This document shows positions 14,355 through 26,900 of a stretch of DNA of 64,000 nucleotides, piece by piece. This stretch comes from Octopus vulgaris. Lineage: Eukaryota. A model generated the notes under the pieces. That model searched no databases, was not told where the DNA came from, and worked only from the letters and a program-made list of their open reading frames with translations. Location of the stretch: positions 93,434,001 to 93,498,000 of the forward strand of contig OX597821.1 of NCBI GenBank assembly GCA_951406725.2, read 5' to 3'. The stretch's first letter is position 1. The number at the start of each line of letters is the position of its first letter. Made by a program: the position numbers and the translations under genes.

Positions 14355-14570
14355 AAGGCAGTTAGCTGACAGAATAGTAAGCAAACAGGGTGAAATACTT
14401 AGCAGTATTTCATCTGCCTTTACATTGTGAGTTCAAATCCAATCAACCACTGACTTTACCTTTAAATAGTGTGAGATAGATAAAATAAACAATCAGTCTG
14501 GTAGTGGGGCCAAGAGTATCATCTGTTTCCACTCAAGATTGTTGGCCTTGTGCCTAAATTAGAAACAATT
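14355..14570 (+). mobile_element. SINE family B, degraded, GGCCTTGTGCC..GAAAC tail variant
   Basis: Head and B box match family B; 3' tail differs. Confidence 0.7.
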
Positions 14571-14977
14571 GTTTATTACTATTAAGATGTTCTTCATGAT
14601 GATGATGATGATGATGAAGACGACGACGGTGGTGGTGGTGGAGGTGGTGGTGGTGATGCTGCTCACACTGTCAGAAGCAGTATTAATGACGAGTGATTAT
14701 GACTAAAAGAGGTTATCTATAATGATTAAGATAGCATCAAAGTTGACGGTAATGGTAATACTACAAGAAAAGTTATTTTTATATCAAGTACGCAATATAT
14801 ATTTATATATTTATGTATATATATATATATGTATATATATATACACACACAAACACATATATATATCTACATATACATATATATATAAATATATATATAT
14901 TTATATATATATATACACACATATACAAACATATATATACACATGCATATGTATACTTGCATGTCAATATATATATA

Positions 14978-15027
<50 letters not shown>

Positions 15028-15676
15028 TATAAATATATATACACACACACACATATATATATATACATACATACATGTATATGTATGTATATATCTATAT
15101 ACGTATGTATTTATAAATGATACAATGATCTAGTTGTTTGTTAGATATTGTAATTTAAAGATCTTGTAGCACGGATATTTGTTAAGCTAAATGTAAATAT
15201 CAAAAATGTGGCGCCATCTACACAGTTGTAAACAAGAGCAAGATATTTCAGTGGTGCCTTCCAGAAACACAGAACACAATAACATGCACCCGGCTGACTT
15301 TTGTATTGACTTGGCTTTTGTACTTGGTAGATTACTAATTTTAGATATACAGAAATATTTTTATATGTATGAATCTATAAATGTGTTTATAGGTCTGTCA
15401 GTGTGTAAATATACATATATACAAACATATATATACATATATATTTATATATACACACATACATATATATGCTTATGTACATATGTATGTTATATCTACC
15501 TATCTATCTATCTTTCTATCTATCAATCTATCTATCTAAATACCTATCTATTTATTATGTATATATACACACACCCATATATAAATATATACATATGTAT
15601 GTATATTTATATGCATATTTATATATGTGTGTGTGTGTACGTGTGTGTATTCACATACATTTGTGTGAGTACATAA

Positions 15677-15736
<60 letters not shown>

Positions 15737-16832
15737 CTATCTATATAAATAGATAAATAGATAAATAGATACATACATACATACATACATACAATTGCTT
15801 GAGATTATTTCAATTCTTCTTCAAAGAATTCAAGCCAGTCACTAACAAAATGGCACAGCTTCTTTGTTTGAGTCAAGACAGTTCCAAGGATTTGCAGGAA
15901 TGAGTGAGTCTATGTTTGCATATATGTGAAGCTATGTGGCTACTTTGTAAGTATTTGTGTATGTCTGTTTGTGTCTATACCTGTGTCTCATATATACAAG
16001 AGTGTGCTTACATTTTATTTATGTGGTATGTTGGTGAATGTCATATGCTTTTATGTAATTGGCGTGTGAATGTTCCTTCTAGAAAAATCCAATATTGAAT
16101 CTTCTAAATGTTTATAAATCTTCATCATGACCAAATTTGAAGGAAGCAGATCACCTGGTTTTGTTATTTTTCAGAAAAAATACCCCAGTATTTCCTGGCT
16201 TTTACATAAATCTGTTGCTACATAATCCACTACACATATGATAATAAGTACAAATGAGAATCTATAGGCTGGATACAAGAGCTGAAAGTTCTTCATTATT
16301 TAACCATAGACAAGGCACTCACATTCACTCAGTAGCTGACTTTTACACCAGTTCCTGACTTTTGTTGCCTGTCCTATAGAACAATATTAGGTCTATTATG
16401 TTTGTGTTAGATAGCTATTTTCATTGAAATACTCCATCAGTATTTCTTATTTTTACTTTTAATGGTGTAGATCACTCTCATTCTCGTGCTGCTAGATAGC
16501 ATCGAAAGTAGTTTGGGCAAATAGTTGAAGTTGATGCTTTAGCCCTAGGTCAACTCTGATTGAGCAAATGCATCGTCAAAAGCATTCTAGGACTGCATTG
16601 TTCATAAAGGTGGTGGGTGGTTAATTTGAAGAAAATTGGTTACTGTTTTTAGCAAATCTTGTGGCCACATTGAGGCATATCTCATAGGGAGGAAGTACTT
16701 TGTGAACATTACTGGACAGCTATTGATGATCCTACCAGTCACTTTTAATGCAGAAGTTAACAGTGGATAGAATTTTTCCATGTGGTGGTATCGAAAAGTT
16801 CCCAGACTAGTTCTGTATCATACAAACTGATA

Positions 16833-17236
16833 GCGCAGGAGTGGCTGTGTGGTAAGTAGCTTGTTTACTAACCACATGGTTCCGGGTTCAATCCCACTGC
16901 ATGGCACCTTGGGCAAGCGTCTTCTGTTATAGCCTCGGGCCAACCAAAGCCTTGTGAGTGGATTTGGTAGACGGAAACGGAAAGAAGCCTGTCGTATATA
17001 TATGTATATATGTGTGTGCGTGTATGTTTGTGTTTGTCCCCCTAGCATTGCCTGACAACCGATGCTGGTGTGTTTATGTCCCCGTCACTTAGCGGTTCGG
17101 CAAAAGAGACCGATAGAATAAGTACTGGGCTTACAAAGAATAAGTCCCGGGGTCGAGTTGCTCAATTAAAGGCGGTGCTCCAGCATAGCCGCAGTCAAAT
17201 GACTGAAACAAGTAAAAGAGTAAAGAGTAAAGAGTA
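16833..17236 (+). mobile_element. SINE family A copy
   Basis: High similarity to 1215-1632. Confidence 0.92.
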
Positions 17237-17734
17237 TGGCAGCACATGATGTGCATGTGTATATGTAGGTGCAGTGTGTGTGGACAATTTTTTTCTCTTA
17301 AGAGCTGGATTGATCAACCACCAAGCCTCACGTGAACCAGAGAGAAGTCAAGCAGCTTGCAAGATGGTTCTGCTGCCACATCTTCCACAGTACATTTGTA
17401 TTAAGTGTGGCTTTTAATTTCACCGCTGAGGATAATGATTGTACAAGTCTTTGAGCATAACCCTGACCAAGAACTTCCCAAAATCTGTGTATTGCAACAG
17501 CAGGAATAAAGACTGACTGCTCTTAGAGCACACAGATTTATTTTTTCCCAGTATTGTAGTATGCAGTCCTAGTTCAAACCTCTATGACGAAAGTGCTCAT
17601 AAGGAGAGGTAACATCTTCCTTTGGGATATCTGCCAGAATGTTCCCAAGCTCAAGAGATTTTTTGTTTTTCAGAATTCTTATGACTACTAATTTCAGCAA
17701 AATTCAGTGTTTCATCAAGATGGTAGATGATGAG

Positions 17735-17960
17735 TCATTACTATTTAATGTTCTTTTTCTATGCTGGCATGGGTTGGACGGTTTGACCAGAGCTGGCAAG
17801 CAGGAGAACTGTATCAGGTTCCAGTTTGATTTAGCTTGGTTTCTATGGCTGGAAGCCTTTTCTAACCCCAACCATTTTTCAGAGTGTGCTGGGTGTTGTT
17901 TTTGTGGCACCAGTAGGGGTGCTTTTCACAAGGGCCAGCACAGGTGCTTTTTACATAGAC
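17735..17960 (-). mobile_element. Family E repeat, degraded
   Basis: ATGCTGGCATGGGTTGGACGG and GCTGGAAGCCTTTTCTAACCCCAACCA match 63792-64000. Confidence 0.7.
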
Positions 17961-18363
17961 CAGCATGGGTACTTTTTACATGAACCATATTAAGCAAAAT
18001 TCTTCTATGGCTGCAAGATTCACTGGCTCAGGAGCTAAAAGAAGTATTCCTCCAGATGTGGTCAGACTCACATACATATACTCATACATATACACAGTTT
18101 CATTCAGAGTGACACAAACAAATAAACACACATATATATTCATGTAGACACACACTAAACATATATACATTTTCACATACCTACACATCCACACATACGT
18201 GTGTATGCACATTCCTACATATATTAAGAGATCTGGCATGATAGATAAATAGTTAGATTGATGGACATCTGGATGGATGGACAGATATATAAACAAATGA
18301 ATGGCTGAGTTGATATACAGACAAACAACAGACACATAGATAAACAGGCATACAAACAGATAT

Positions 18364-18416
<53 letters not shown>

Positions 18417-18448
18417 GAGACAGAGATTCAGGAATATAAGAAACTTTT

Positions 18449-18659
18449 TACTCTTTTACTTGTTTCAGTCAATTGACTGTGGTCATGCTGGAGCACTGCC
18501 TTTAGTCAAACAAATTGACCCCAGGACTTATTCTTTGTAAGCCTAGGACTTACTTCTATCAATCTCTTTTGCCAAATCGCTAAATTACTGGGATGTAAAC
18601 ACACCAGCGTCGGTTGTCAAGCGATGTTGGGGGACAAACACAGACATAAAAACACATAC

Positions 18660-18722
<63 letters not shown>

Positions 18723-18902
18723 CACAGATATACGACAGGCTTCTTTCAGTTTCCATCTACCAAATCTACTAATCCACTCACAAGGTTTTGGTTGGCTGAG
18801 GCTATAGTAGAAGACACTTGCCCAAGGTGCCATGCAGTGGGACTGAACCCAGAACCATGTGGTTCGTAAGCAAGCTACTTACCACACAGCCACTCTTACG
18901 CC
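18449..18902 (-). mobile_element. SINE family A copy
   Basis: Full-length reverse-complement match. Confidence 0.92.
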
Positions 18903-19549
18903 ATGTAGATGAAAAAAATACAAACAAACCTTCTTTCTAAGTGGGTGTAAGGTGCCAGATTCATAATGTCTACAAGACATTCTGAAACGTCCATCAATAA
19001 CCAAGTCAAGAAACTAACTGTGTTTTGGCAATAATAAAATGTATATTATTCAAAACGTTTCATAAATTTCCTCTCTTCCATTCAACCTTCTTAAATACTG
19101 TAAAAACATTTAGCATCTAACTATTCAAAGTGTAACAGCACCAGAGTTTGAATAAGCAAACAAATATTCACCTTTCTACTTGAGTACATTTCAATTTTTA
19201 ACCATTTCTTGTATATCTGCAAAGAGATAAATATAGAATATACATAGAATGTATGGTGAGAAGATAGTTTAGTCTATAGAACAGCATGCACAATTTCCTT
19301 ATCAGTTAGTTTTTGATTTAATTTTCGGTTAATTCTTAGCATTCTGTCTGTCAGCATCACACTTATACATTGCATTACAGTCTTGTTTTGTCTTTTTTCT
19401 TTCTTCTGTTTCTTGTTTTACAGGGTGTTTTTTCTTTTCCTTTTTAGTGTTTCTTACATTTTGATTTATTTTCTTTTTCTTGCACATTCTTGTTTTGCTG
19501 ACATTTTATTTATTATTATTATTATTATATGACTTCTATGGCTGAGTAT

Positions 19550-19742
19550 GTGGAGGCACATGGCCTAGTGGTTAGAGCAGCAGACTCACGGTCAAGGGAT
19601 TGCGGGTTCGAATCTCAGACCAAGCGAGGTGTGTGTTTATGAGCGAAACACCTAAGCTCCACGCGGCTCCAGCAGAAGGTAATGGCGAACTTCTGCTGAC
19701 TCTTTCACTACAACTTTCTCTCACTCTTTCCTCCTGCATCTT
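19550..19742 (+). mobile_element. tRNA-derived SINE family C, 5' half
   Basis: A box TGGCCTAGTGG, B box GGTTCGAATC; aligns with 40396-40580. Confidence 0.85.
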
Positions 19743-19821
19743 GTGTTATATAAGCGTTGTTGAAACAGCTGTAGGAATTAGTATTTTTAAATGTCACCAA
19801 TATTGCTTCTTGTTGTTCTTT

Positions 19822-19862
<41 letters not shown>

Positions 19863-20047
19863 GAATTTTTTTTTTTTTCCTCTGTCTTCCCTTCTCGGGA
19901 TCTTTCCTTCTCCTTTGTTTCCGACAAAGAGCTCCGCTCGAAACGTTAAACCCTCCTTCCCTTCTTTCCTGAGCGTCCAATGATACTTTATTTGTTCCAC
20001 GTCCTCGCGTTGCTGTGTTTTTTTGTGTTTTCTTGTTTGGATTAACT
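19863..20047 (+). mobile_element. Short (TA)n-flanked element with degenerate hammerhead motif (Penelope pLTR-like)
   Basis: gttt-CCGACAA-a-GAGC-tcc-GCTC-GAAA-CGTTA-aac at 19917-19951; related to 44508-44710. Confidence 0.6.
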
Positions 20048-20074
20048 ATATATATGTGTGTGTGTATATGTATG

Positions 20075-20105
<31 letters not shown>

Positions 20106-20801
20106 ATATGCATGCATGTATTTATGTACATTTGTGTGCATGTATGAATGTATATCAGCATATATATGTACTTATATAATGATATAGATAAATATAGATA
20201 GATACATTCACATACTTACACAAGCATAAACATTGTTAAGATATTTAATTATAAATATATGAGTTGTTGTATGTGAATATATGTATATATATATATATAT
20301 ATATATACATATATATACATATACATATATACACATATACATACATACATATACACACACATGTGCATACATAAAGAGATAAACAGGTGGGGAGATTGAT
20401 ATAGTGTTTTGTATCTGTATACATATTTATTTCAATGTGTTTACTTTCTTTTCAGAAATTTCACATCTTCAAAAAATGTCTTCCCTCCTTTTTACTTATT
20501 TAATTTTATATCATTAAAGATTCAGTTTTCATATAACATAATAATGGTTTTCCTTTGATTTTACTCGGTGTTATCTCTCACTTTCCTTCCCTCTTTCACT
20601 CTCCTTCGCTCGCTCTCTCTCTCTCATTTGTGTGTATTTCATTAACCTCATACTTTAAAAAAATTTTTACATGCAAGTATTTTTCCATTTCCCTTGTAAT
20701 ATATTTCTATTCTATCCTATATCATCGACTTACACTTTCTTATCTCTTTTCACAGAGAAGCCACATATATATTTATCTACATATCTACCAATCCGCAAGC
20801 A

Positions 20802-20885
<84 letters not shown>

Positions 20886-21525
20886 TATATATATATATAT
20901 AAATATATACACATAAATTTATAAACATACATACATCTATTTTCTTATCAGCTTGCTTATATTTCATTTATTACAATTTACCATTACTAGTTAATATGAA
21001 GTAAATAAATTTGTTTTAATTTATATTCAGGAACTTCAAACTACAATAGAAGCCACAACAGAGCAAATTTTAAAATGTGAATTGCATCCTTAAAACAATG
21101 ACAAACAAAAAAAATTCACTCAATATTTACAAATATTAAATGTTGAAATGAAAATTAACAACACTCGTTTGAATGATAGAAAGTTCTTAGAAAATAACAC
21201 TTTCATGTATGCCTTTAATTATATATATAAATCTCATATATGTGTGTATGTATGCGTAGAAGCATGTGTGCATATGGGGGAGTGAGTGTGTGTGTGTGTG
21301 TGTGTGCTTTGAATATTTATATAAATATTGAAATTGATATAAATCCTCCGACTTCTTGGCATATCTTAACATGTTGGGTGATCTTTGTAGACAAGTAGTT
21401 CATTAATATGGTGTCGTCTTGCATAGGCTTGTTTCAACTACGGAAGCATGGGAAAACTCCACATGTTAAAGCAAAGATGATGATATGTATGTATATGTAT
21501 ATATTTATATGTTGTTACACATACA

Positions 21526-21636
21526 GGTGCACACGTGGCTCTGTGGTTCGTCTTAGGCAAGAGTTTTCTACTCTATTCTCGGAACAATCAAAACCTTGTG
21601 AGTGGATTTGGTAGACAGAAACTAAAAGAGGCCCGT

Positions 21637-21696
<60 letters not shown>

Positions 21697-21844
21697 GGTG
21701 AGAAAGTTGGTGTGTGAAAGCACGTGGTTGAATATATAGAAAATAGTAAAAAGGAAAAAACTACAGAAGGCTTGTTTTAAAAGGTTAAAAACCTTTTTAA
21801 CCTTTTAAAACAAGCCTTCTGTAGTTTTTTCACTTTTTACTATT

Positions 21845-21891
<47 letters not shown>

Positions 21892-22490
21892 GGATTGAAT
21901 AAAAAGAACACAACAAACGCAAAAATTTAACAAAAGCATGACACACTGAAAATTTGCTGCCGATTCCTCATCAATCAATGTCCAATAGATCCTAGTGGTT
22001 TCGCGCTTTTAACATTAACACCACTCCATCTTGGGAGTGCTAGAGCAGAAAGCTTCTAGGAATAGCTAAAGAACATATACGACAAGGACAAAGGCAAACA
22101 AAACAATCTAAAATGATATAACAGTTGTACGTATGCAATAAAAAATAATTATACAGATACAACAGAAAAAGAATAATTATACATATACAACATTAAGAGA
22201 CCTTTTGGCCGTCAAACGGACGTATGTGAGGCAATGCAAAGGAGAAATATATGTATGTATATACTACTGTGTGTGTGTCTTTGAGTCTGTGTTTGTCCTC
22301 TACCACTGCTTGACAATCGGCGTTGGTGAGTCTGTCACCACGTAACTTAACGGTTTAGCAAAACAGATCGATAGAATAAGTACCAGGCTTAAAAAGAAGT
22401 ATTGAGGGTCGATCCATTCGACTAAAAATTCAATGCGGCGCACCTGCATGGCCACAGTCTAATGACTGTAACAAGTTAAAAATAAAAGAT
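21526..22490 (+). mobile_element. SINE family A copy split by insertions in its internal (TA)n
   Basis: 5' part at 21526-21640 and 3' part at 22268-22490, with about 600 bp of other sequence between. Confidence 0.75.
21732..21855. repeat. Near-perfect palindrome, ~60-bp arms, CC loop at 21792-21793
   Basis: Arms differ by one indel. Confidence 0.95.
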
Positions 22491-22590
22491 AGAAAGATAC
22501 AATGCGCGCACGCACACGCACACATACACACACACACACACACACACTCACACACACTTCACACATGTATATCAAAGACGAAAAGTTTAA

Positions 22591-22837
22591 AAGGCCTTTC
22601 TGAGTCATAAACTCATAAGGCATGTTTCCCGGTTTCTGTGCTGCATATAATCCCCGCCGTTGGACAGGACACCCGTCTGTCACAGAATTACTCATTTTTT
22701 TCTAGCTGACAGGATCGGAGCCACACGAAATGAAATATTTTGCTCAAGAACATAACACATCGCCTGACCCGGGAATCGAAACTACAAACTTCCTATCATG
22801 AGAGTAACACCCTAACCACTAAACCACAAGCCTCCAC
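22591..22837 (-). mobile_element. tRNA-derived SINE family D
   Basis: Minus strand reads GTGGAGGC..TGGTTTAGTGGTTAGG..TTCGATTCCC then GTTCTTGAGCAAAA. Degraded relative near 27280-27385. Confidence 0.7.
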
Positions 22838-23865
22838 ATGTATGAAATATACACAGATATTTGTTAGTGGGTTTATGTATAAATGTATTTATGTATGAAT
22901 ATATGTATAAGTATTATTTGTAAGCACATAAGAGTAAAACAAGGTGGAGAAGACAACACTCAAATACCAAAGGTATATAGAATTTTATTAAAGGTGAAAA
23001 ACTTCACAGAGCATTAAAAATTCATGATGTTTACTTGTTTGCTCTTCATTGAATTTTATTTTCGAGTCACTTAGTTTATGCTTCCTAAATTCTAAACTGT
23101 TTCTAACCTGGATTTTTTCTTTTTCTTTCCTCAAATCTTTAAGGAAGACTTTTTCATTCATCGAGGCTTAATATTTCTTATTATTCAACCTTATTTTTCC
23201 AATTTTCAAAATATATATAATTTGTTCATTCGTGGTCATCAAACGTCTCCAGCAGATTACATCGGTTTTGAAATGCGATATACCAGTAGACGAACCAACT
23301 ATGAATTGATTCTCACTGGTATATTTAAATCCATTGTTTTATTCAAAAAATCTGATTGTCACTTGCGTGAAACTCAGAAAAGAGTCTGAGTTTTCATTTT
23401 CAAGATCGATCCACAACTCAACATGAACACATAACATAATACAGAACACTACTAACCTTTCAATTTATACCACTAACCCCCATACATTCCATACACTATT
23501 CACATTACAGATCTATATCTACCCTAATTGCATCAAATCCAGAACTACTTGCCTCCCTTACACATAATCGTTTTACTCGGGGTCTAGTAGACCTGATACC
23601 GTTCATTAATCGGTGTGCATTCAAAGCAATGATTAGTAAATTCATGAAACCAGTATGCTTTTGAATCTCATTAACAATTCACAATAATGACTTTTATTAC
23701 TTTTATCCCTCTCTCAGTTCATCTAATTGTATATGTCTATTGTTAGTTTTCATAAAAATCCTTTACTTTTTTTATTTCTAATGTACATTTTCGCTTATTT
23801 TTCTTCTTACTTTCCCCTTACATTTCCACGTGTAGTTTCTATTTTCTTTTTGTAACATATTTCTA

Positions 23866-23896
<31 letters not shown>

Positions 23897-23989
23897 ATAC
23901 TGAGAAAAGGGAGGTAGACAGAATTTTGGATAATCCTCTATTAATGCTTTCGTTCGTTTATGAACTCATTCAAACAAAAATCAAAATCA

Positions 23990-24026
<37 letters not shown>

Positions 24027-24310
24027 CATATACGTACGTACGCATGCATGTTCACTCTTTCTCATACACACACAGAGAGATTTACATATAGTGAAAAACA
24101 TACATGAAAGCGTTATGTATATACATATATATATAGAGAGAGAGAGAGGGGGGGGAGAGAGAGATTAATTTCATTGGGGTGTTAATCCTGAAATCCAGGT
24201 ATGAGTCCTAGGACTTGAGACACTAATGTCCACGTGTTGATGACGACAATGATGTTCTTTCAGTTTATTTGTCATCCATTCTTCTTATAAATTAGTGTTA
24301 CACATTCATC

Positions 24311-24505
24311 AAGGCGGTTAGCTGGCAGAACCGTTAGCATGCTGGGTGAAAATGCTTAGTGGCATTTCATCTGTCTTTACCATCTGACTTCCAATTCTAT
24401 CGGAGTAGACTTTGCTTCGATAAAATAAGTACCAGCTGTACCGATTTAATCGACTTAGCCCCTCCCTCCAAACTGCTGGCGCTGTTCCAAAATTTCAGAT
24501 TAATA
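24311..24505 (+). mobile_element. SINE family B, degraded
   Basis: AAGGCGG..GCTGGCAGAACCGTTAGCA head and CCAAAATTTC tail. Confidence 0.7.
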
Positions 24506-25482
24506 TTACACATCCATCAGAGAAGGTTCTATCATTTCCGGCCTTCACACATATTCTTTTTTTACCTTTCCCATATTTCATACCTTACAAAATCGAACTT
24601 CTTATACAAGCGTCATACAAACTGTCCTTCAGTGAAGATAACAACACGCCAGCTTCTTCCTCTTAGTATTTTTCTCTGATTACTATGCTTTCAGAGCATC
24701 CACATCCAATACTAATTTGGTCACATAGGTAAAAAATGCAACCAACTACTTCTAGAGATTCATTAGATATTTAAAAGAATTTATTTCATGGTTCTCGTAA
24801 TGAAAACTACTCCGGATTAACTGCTACACACGAAGCCTTCCTTCTTCTCTCTCACCCTGCCTGCACTCAAAGTCTTCATTCTTTCTCATCCTGCCTGTAA
24901 TCCAACTACATTTCTTATGCAATCATAGTTCTCACATCAAATGAAATTTCTAACTACTTCTTTTCTGAATGTCAAGAATAGCCATTTCTAAGATGGAAAT
25001 AAAGTCCTGCTTTCTTTCCTGCAAACTGGATCCTCTATCTTTTCTAAGTTTACTTTGATATGTTTTGATACATGGTGTAGTAGTTTGTCGTCTGTAGCTA
25101 AAATAGTTGAATGATATACTCTTGCAAGAAGTGTTATAGAGTAATCTCCCTTTAGTAAGTTTCTCTAAAGATTATATTTCATGAGAAGTAATTCTTAATT
25201 ATTCAAGAAGCTTCGCGTTTCTCTTGGAAGTTTCTGGAATGTCTAGCGTTTCATTAATAAAAACAATTTGCTTGCCCTGCTCTTTGCTTCTTTGTCGATT
25301 AGACTCAGAGCCATTCACGTCGTTGCTATGTCTATCTATTTCTCTATGCCACATTACTAAATACCACTATTTAGCTGTTATTTGTACATTTCTGAACTTT
25401 CTTGCAAAGATTATTTCATTCAGCTATTTTAGCTAGTGACGACAAACTACTACAAAGGTTTTACTCCCACGACTGGAATTTC

Positions 25483-25881
25483 GGATCTTTTCGGTTTGAA
25501 CGGCAGTTTTTTCTAGCGGTGTCATATGAAATTGTCACCCATAATTATGACCCTGGTATCAATCTATTGCATTTCAATCTGTTTTAGGGGAAGGGTATAT
25601 TTTTTTTTTCACAAATATAAATAAACCAAATCTGTTTCTTAAACGAGGGACATATTCATACGGCACAGAATGTTTTTTACCTCAATGGATGTCATTGATT
25701 GGTTGAAATTGCAGAAATGGAAGAAAAAAAACAACAAATATCTTACAAACTATAGAATTTTCTCAATAAAACCAAGAGAAAAAGATGTTTTATAAACACA
25801 TTCTACCAGTATACGAAATTTAAATTTTTTTTAGTTACCTAGAACTTATGTTAAAAACTGCCGTTCAAACCGAAAAGATCC
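25483..25881. mobile_element. MITE with 28-bp TIRs and 8-bp TSD (Merlin-like)
   Basis: TIR GGATCTTTTCGGTTTGAACGGCAGTTTT at both ends; TSD GGAATTTC at 25475-25482 and 25882-25889. Confidence 0.9.
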
Positions 25882-26179
25882 GGAATTTCTTTTTAAAGTC
25901 AACAACTGCCGCCAAGATACTGAAAAACAGTAGTTCTCACTCACAATTTTCTTATCTGTTGTCATGACAGTAAACACAAGAGAGCTGAAAACCGAGCCTT
26001 CAAAATCACCAACCAAATTCCGCACTGAACACATTGCCTACTCTCATCCGCCTGGTAACATCATTGCACATGGTTTTCATGTTTCTCTGAAAATATTCAT
26101 GTACATGTAGTTTTTTAGCGGCCACCAGACTACGGAACGTGATAGCCCGTAAGAGGCCTCGTTTGGATAAGCAAATGCT

Positions 26180-26900
26180 ATATGTAGTTGCTTGCTAAAG
26201 ACTTCCCCTGTAGCTGTTTTACTAGCAAGACGGCATCAGGATGTCTCGCCCTGTCACAAATCAGAACTGCATGTCTTTTAAGATAATTCTCTTCCTTGTT
26301 ATTTGCACTATAATACTTTTTGTTACTTTCATAACTTGGTGCATCAATATGATGCCTCTGCAGTTTCTTATTCTTGGAGCATCTTTTTTCCTGCCCTTGT
26401 AATTGGTTAGGACACTCTCCTCTACTACCCGATCGGCTGTCTTTGTCACTAGCTCGTCTAATACTTTACTGTGAAATTTCAACATCTCATCGATTACTGC
26501 TGATTGCCCGATTGCTTTCTTTATTTTTATATCTCCAATCGCACTTTTGACCGTAAAGATATCAAATTCAAGAACTGCTGTAGCATTCTCCTCCATTAAC
26601 AATCTACCTTAGAAACATTTTCCAGATTCTTTCTTCTCAATGTCAGTGAGGACAAGAACATCCCTATTAATCTATAGAATACATTGCTTTGCAATACGGA
26701 ACACCTCACGGCTCAACTGCACCACCCACTTCCGTTACAGAATATCAGGTAACTTTTTTTTTTTCATTTTCTCTCCATACGCCCTCTATTTGACGTCTAT
26801 TTTTCTTATAGCTTCAAGACGTCCTTACTTACTTTTAATCTTGTTCAATCTTCTCAAGACTTTCTTTTAGATTTTAAGGTTTCATCTACTCTACCATTCC
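26180..26900 (-). mobile_element. Degenerate RTE LINE RT fragment
   Basis: YKGRKKDA..NCRGIILMHQVMKV..DMQF resembles the RTE YKGKGDA..NYRGIKL..QFGF block. Confidence 0.7.

Noticed and set aside
16785-17640. Mariner remnant (CGAAAAGTTCCCAGACT TIR-like)
   Set aside because: No second TIR or convincing transposase translation found.
21031-21093. Possible terminal exon ELQTTIEATTEQILKCELHP*
   Set aside because: Weak acceptor, no homology recognised, no partner exons.
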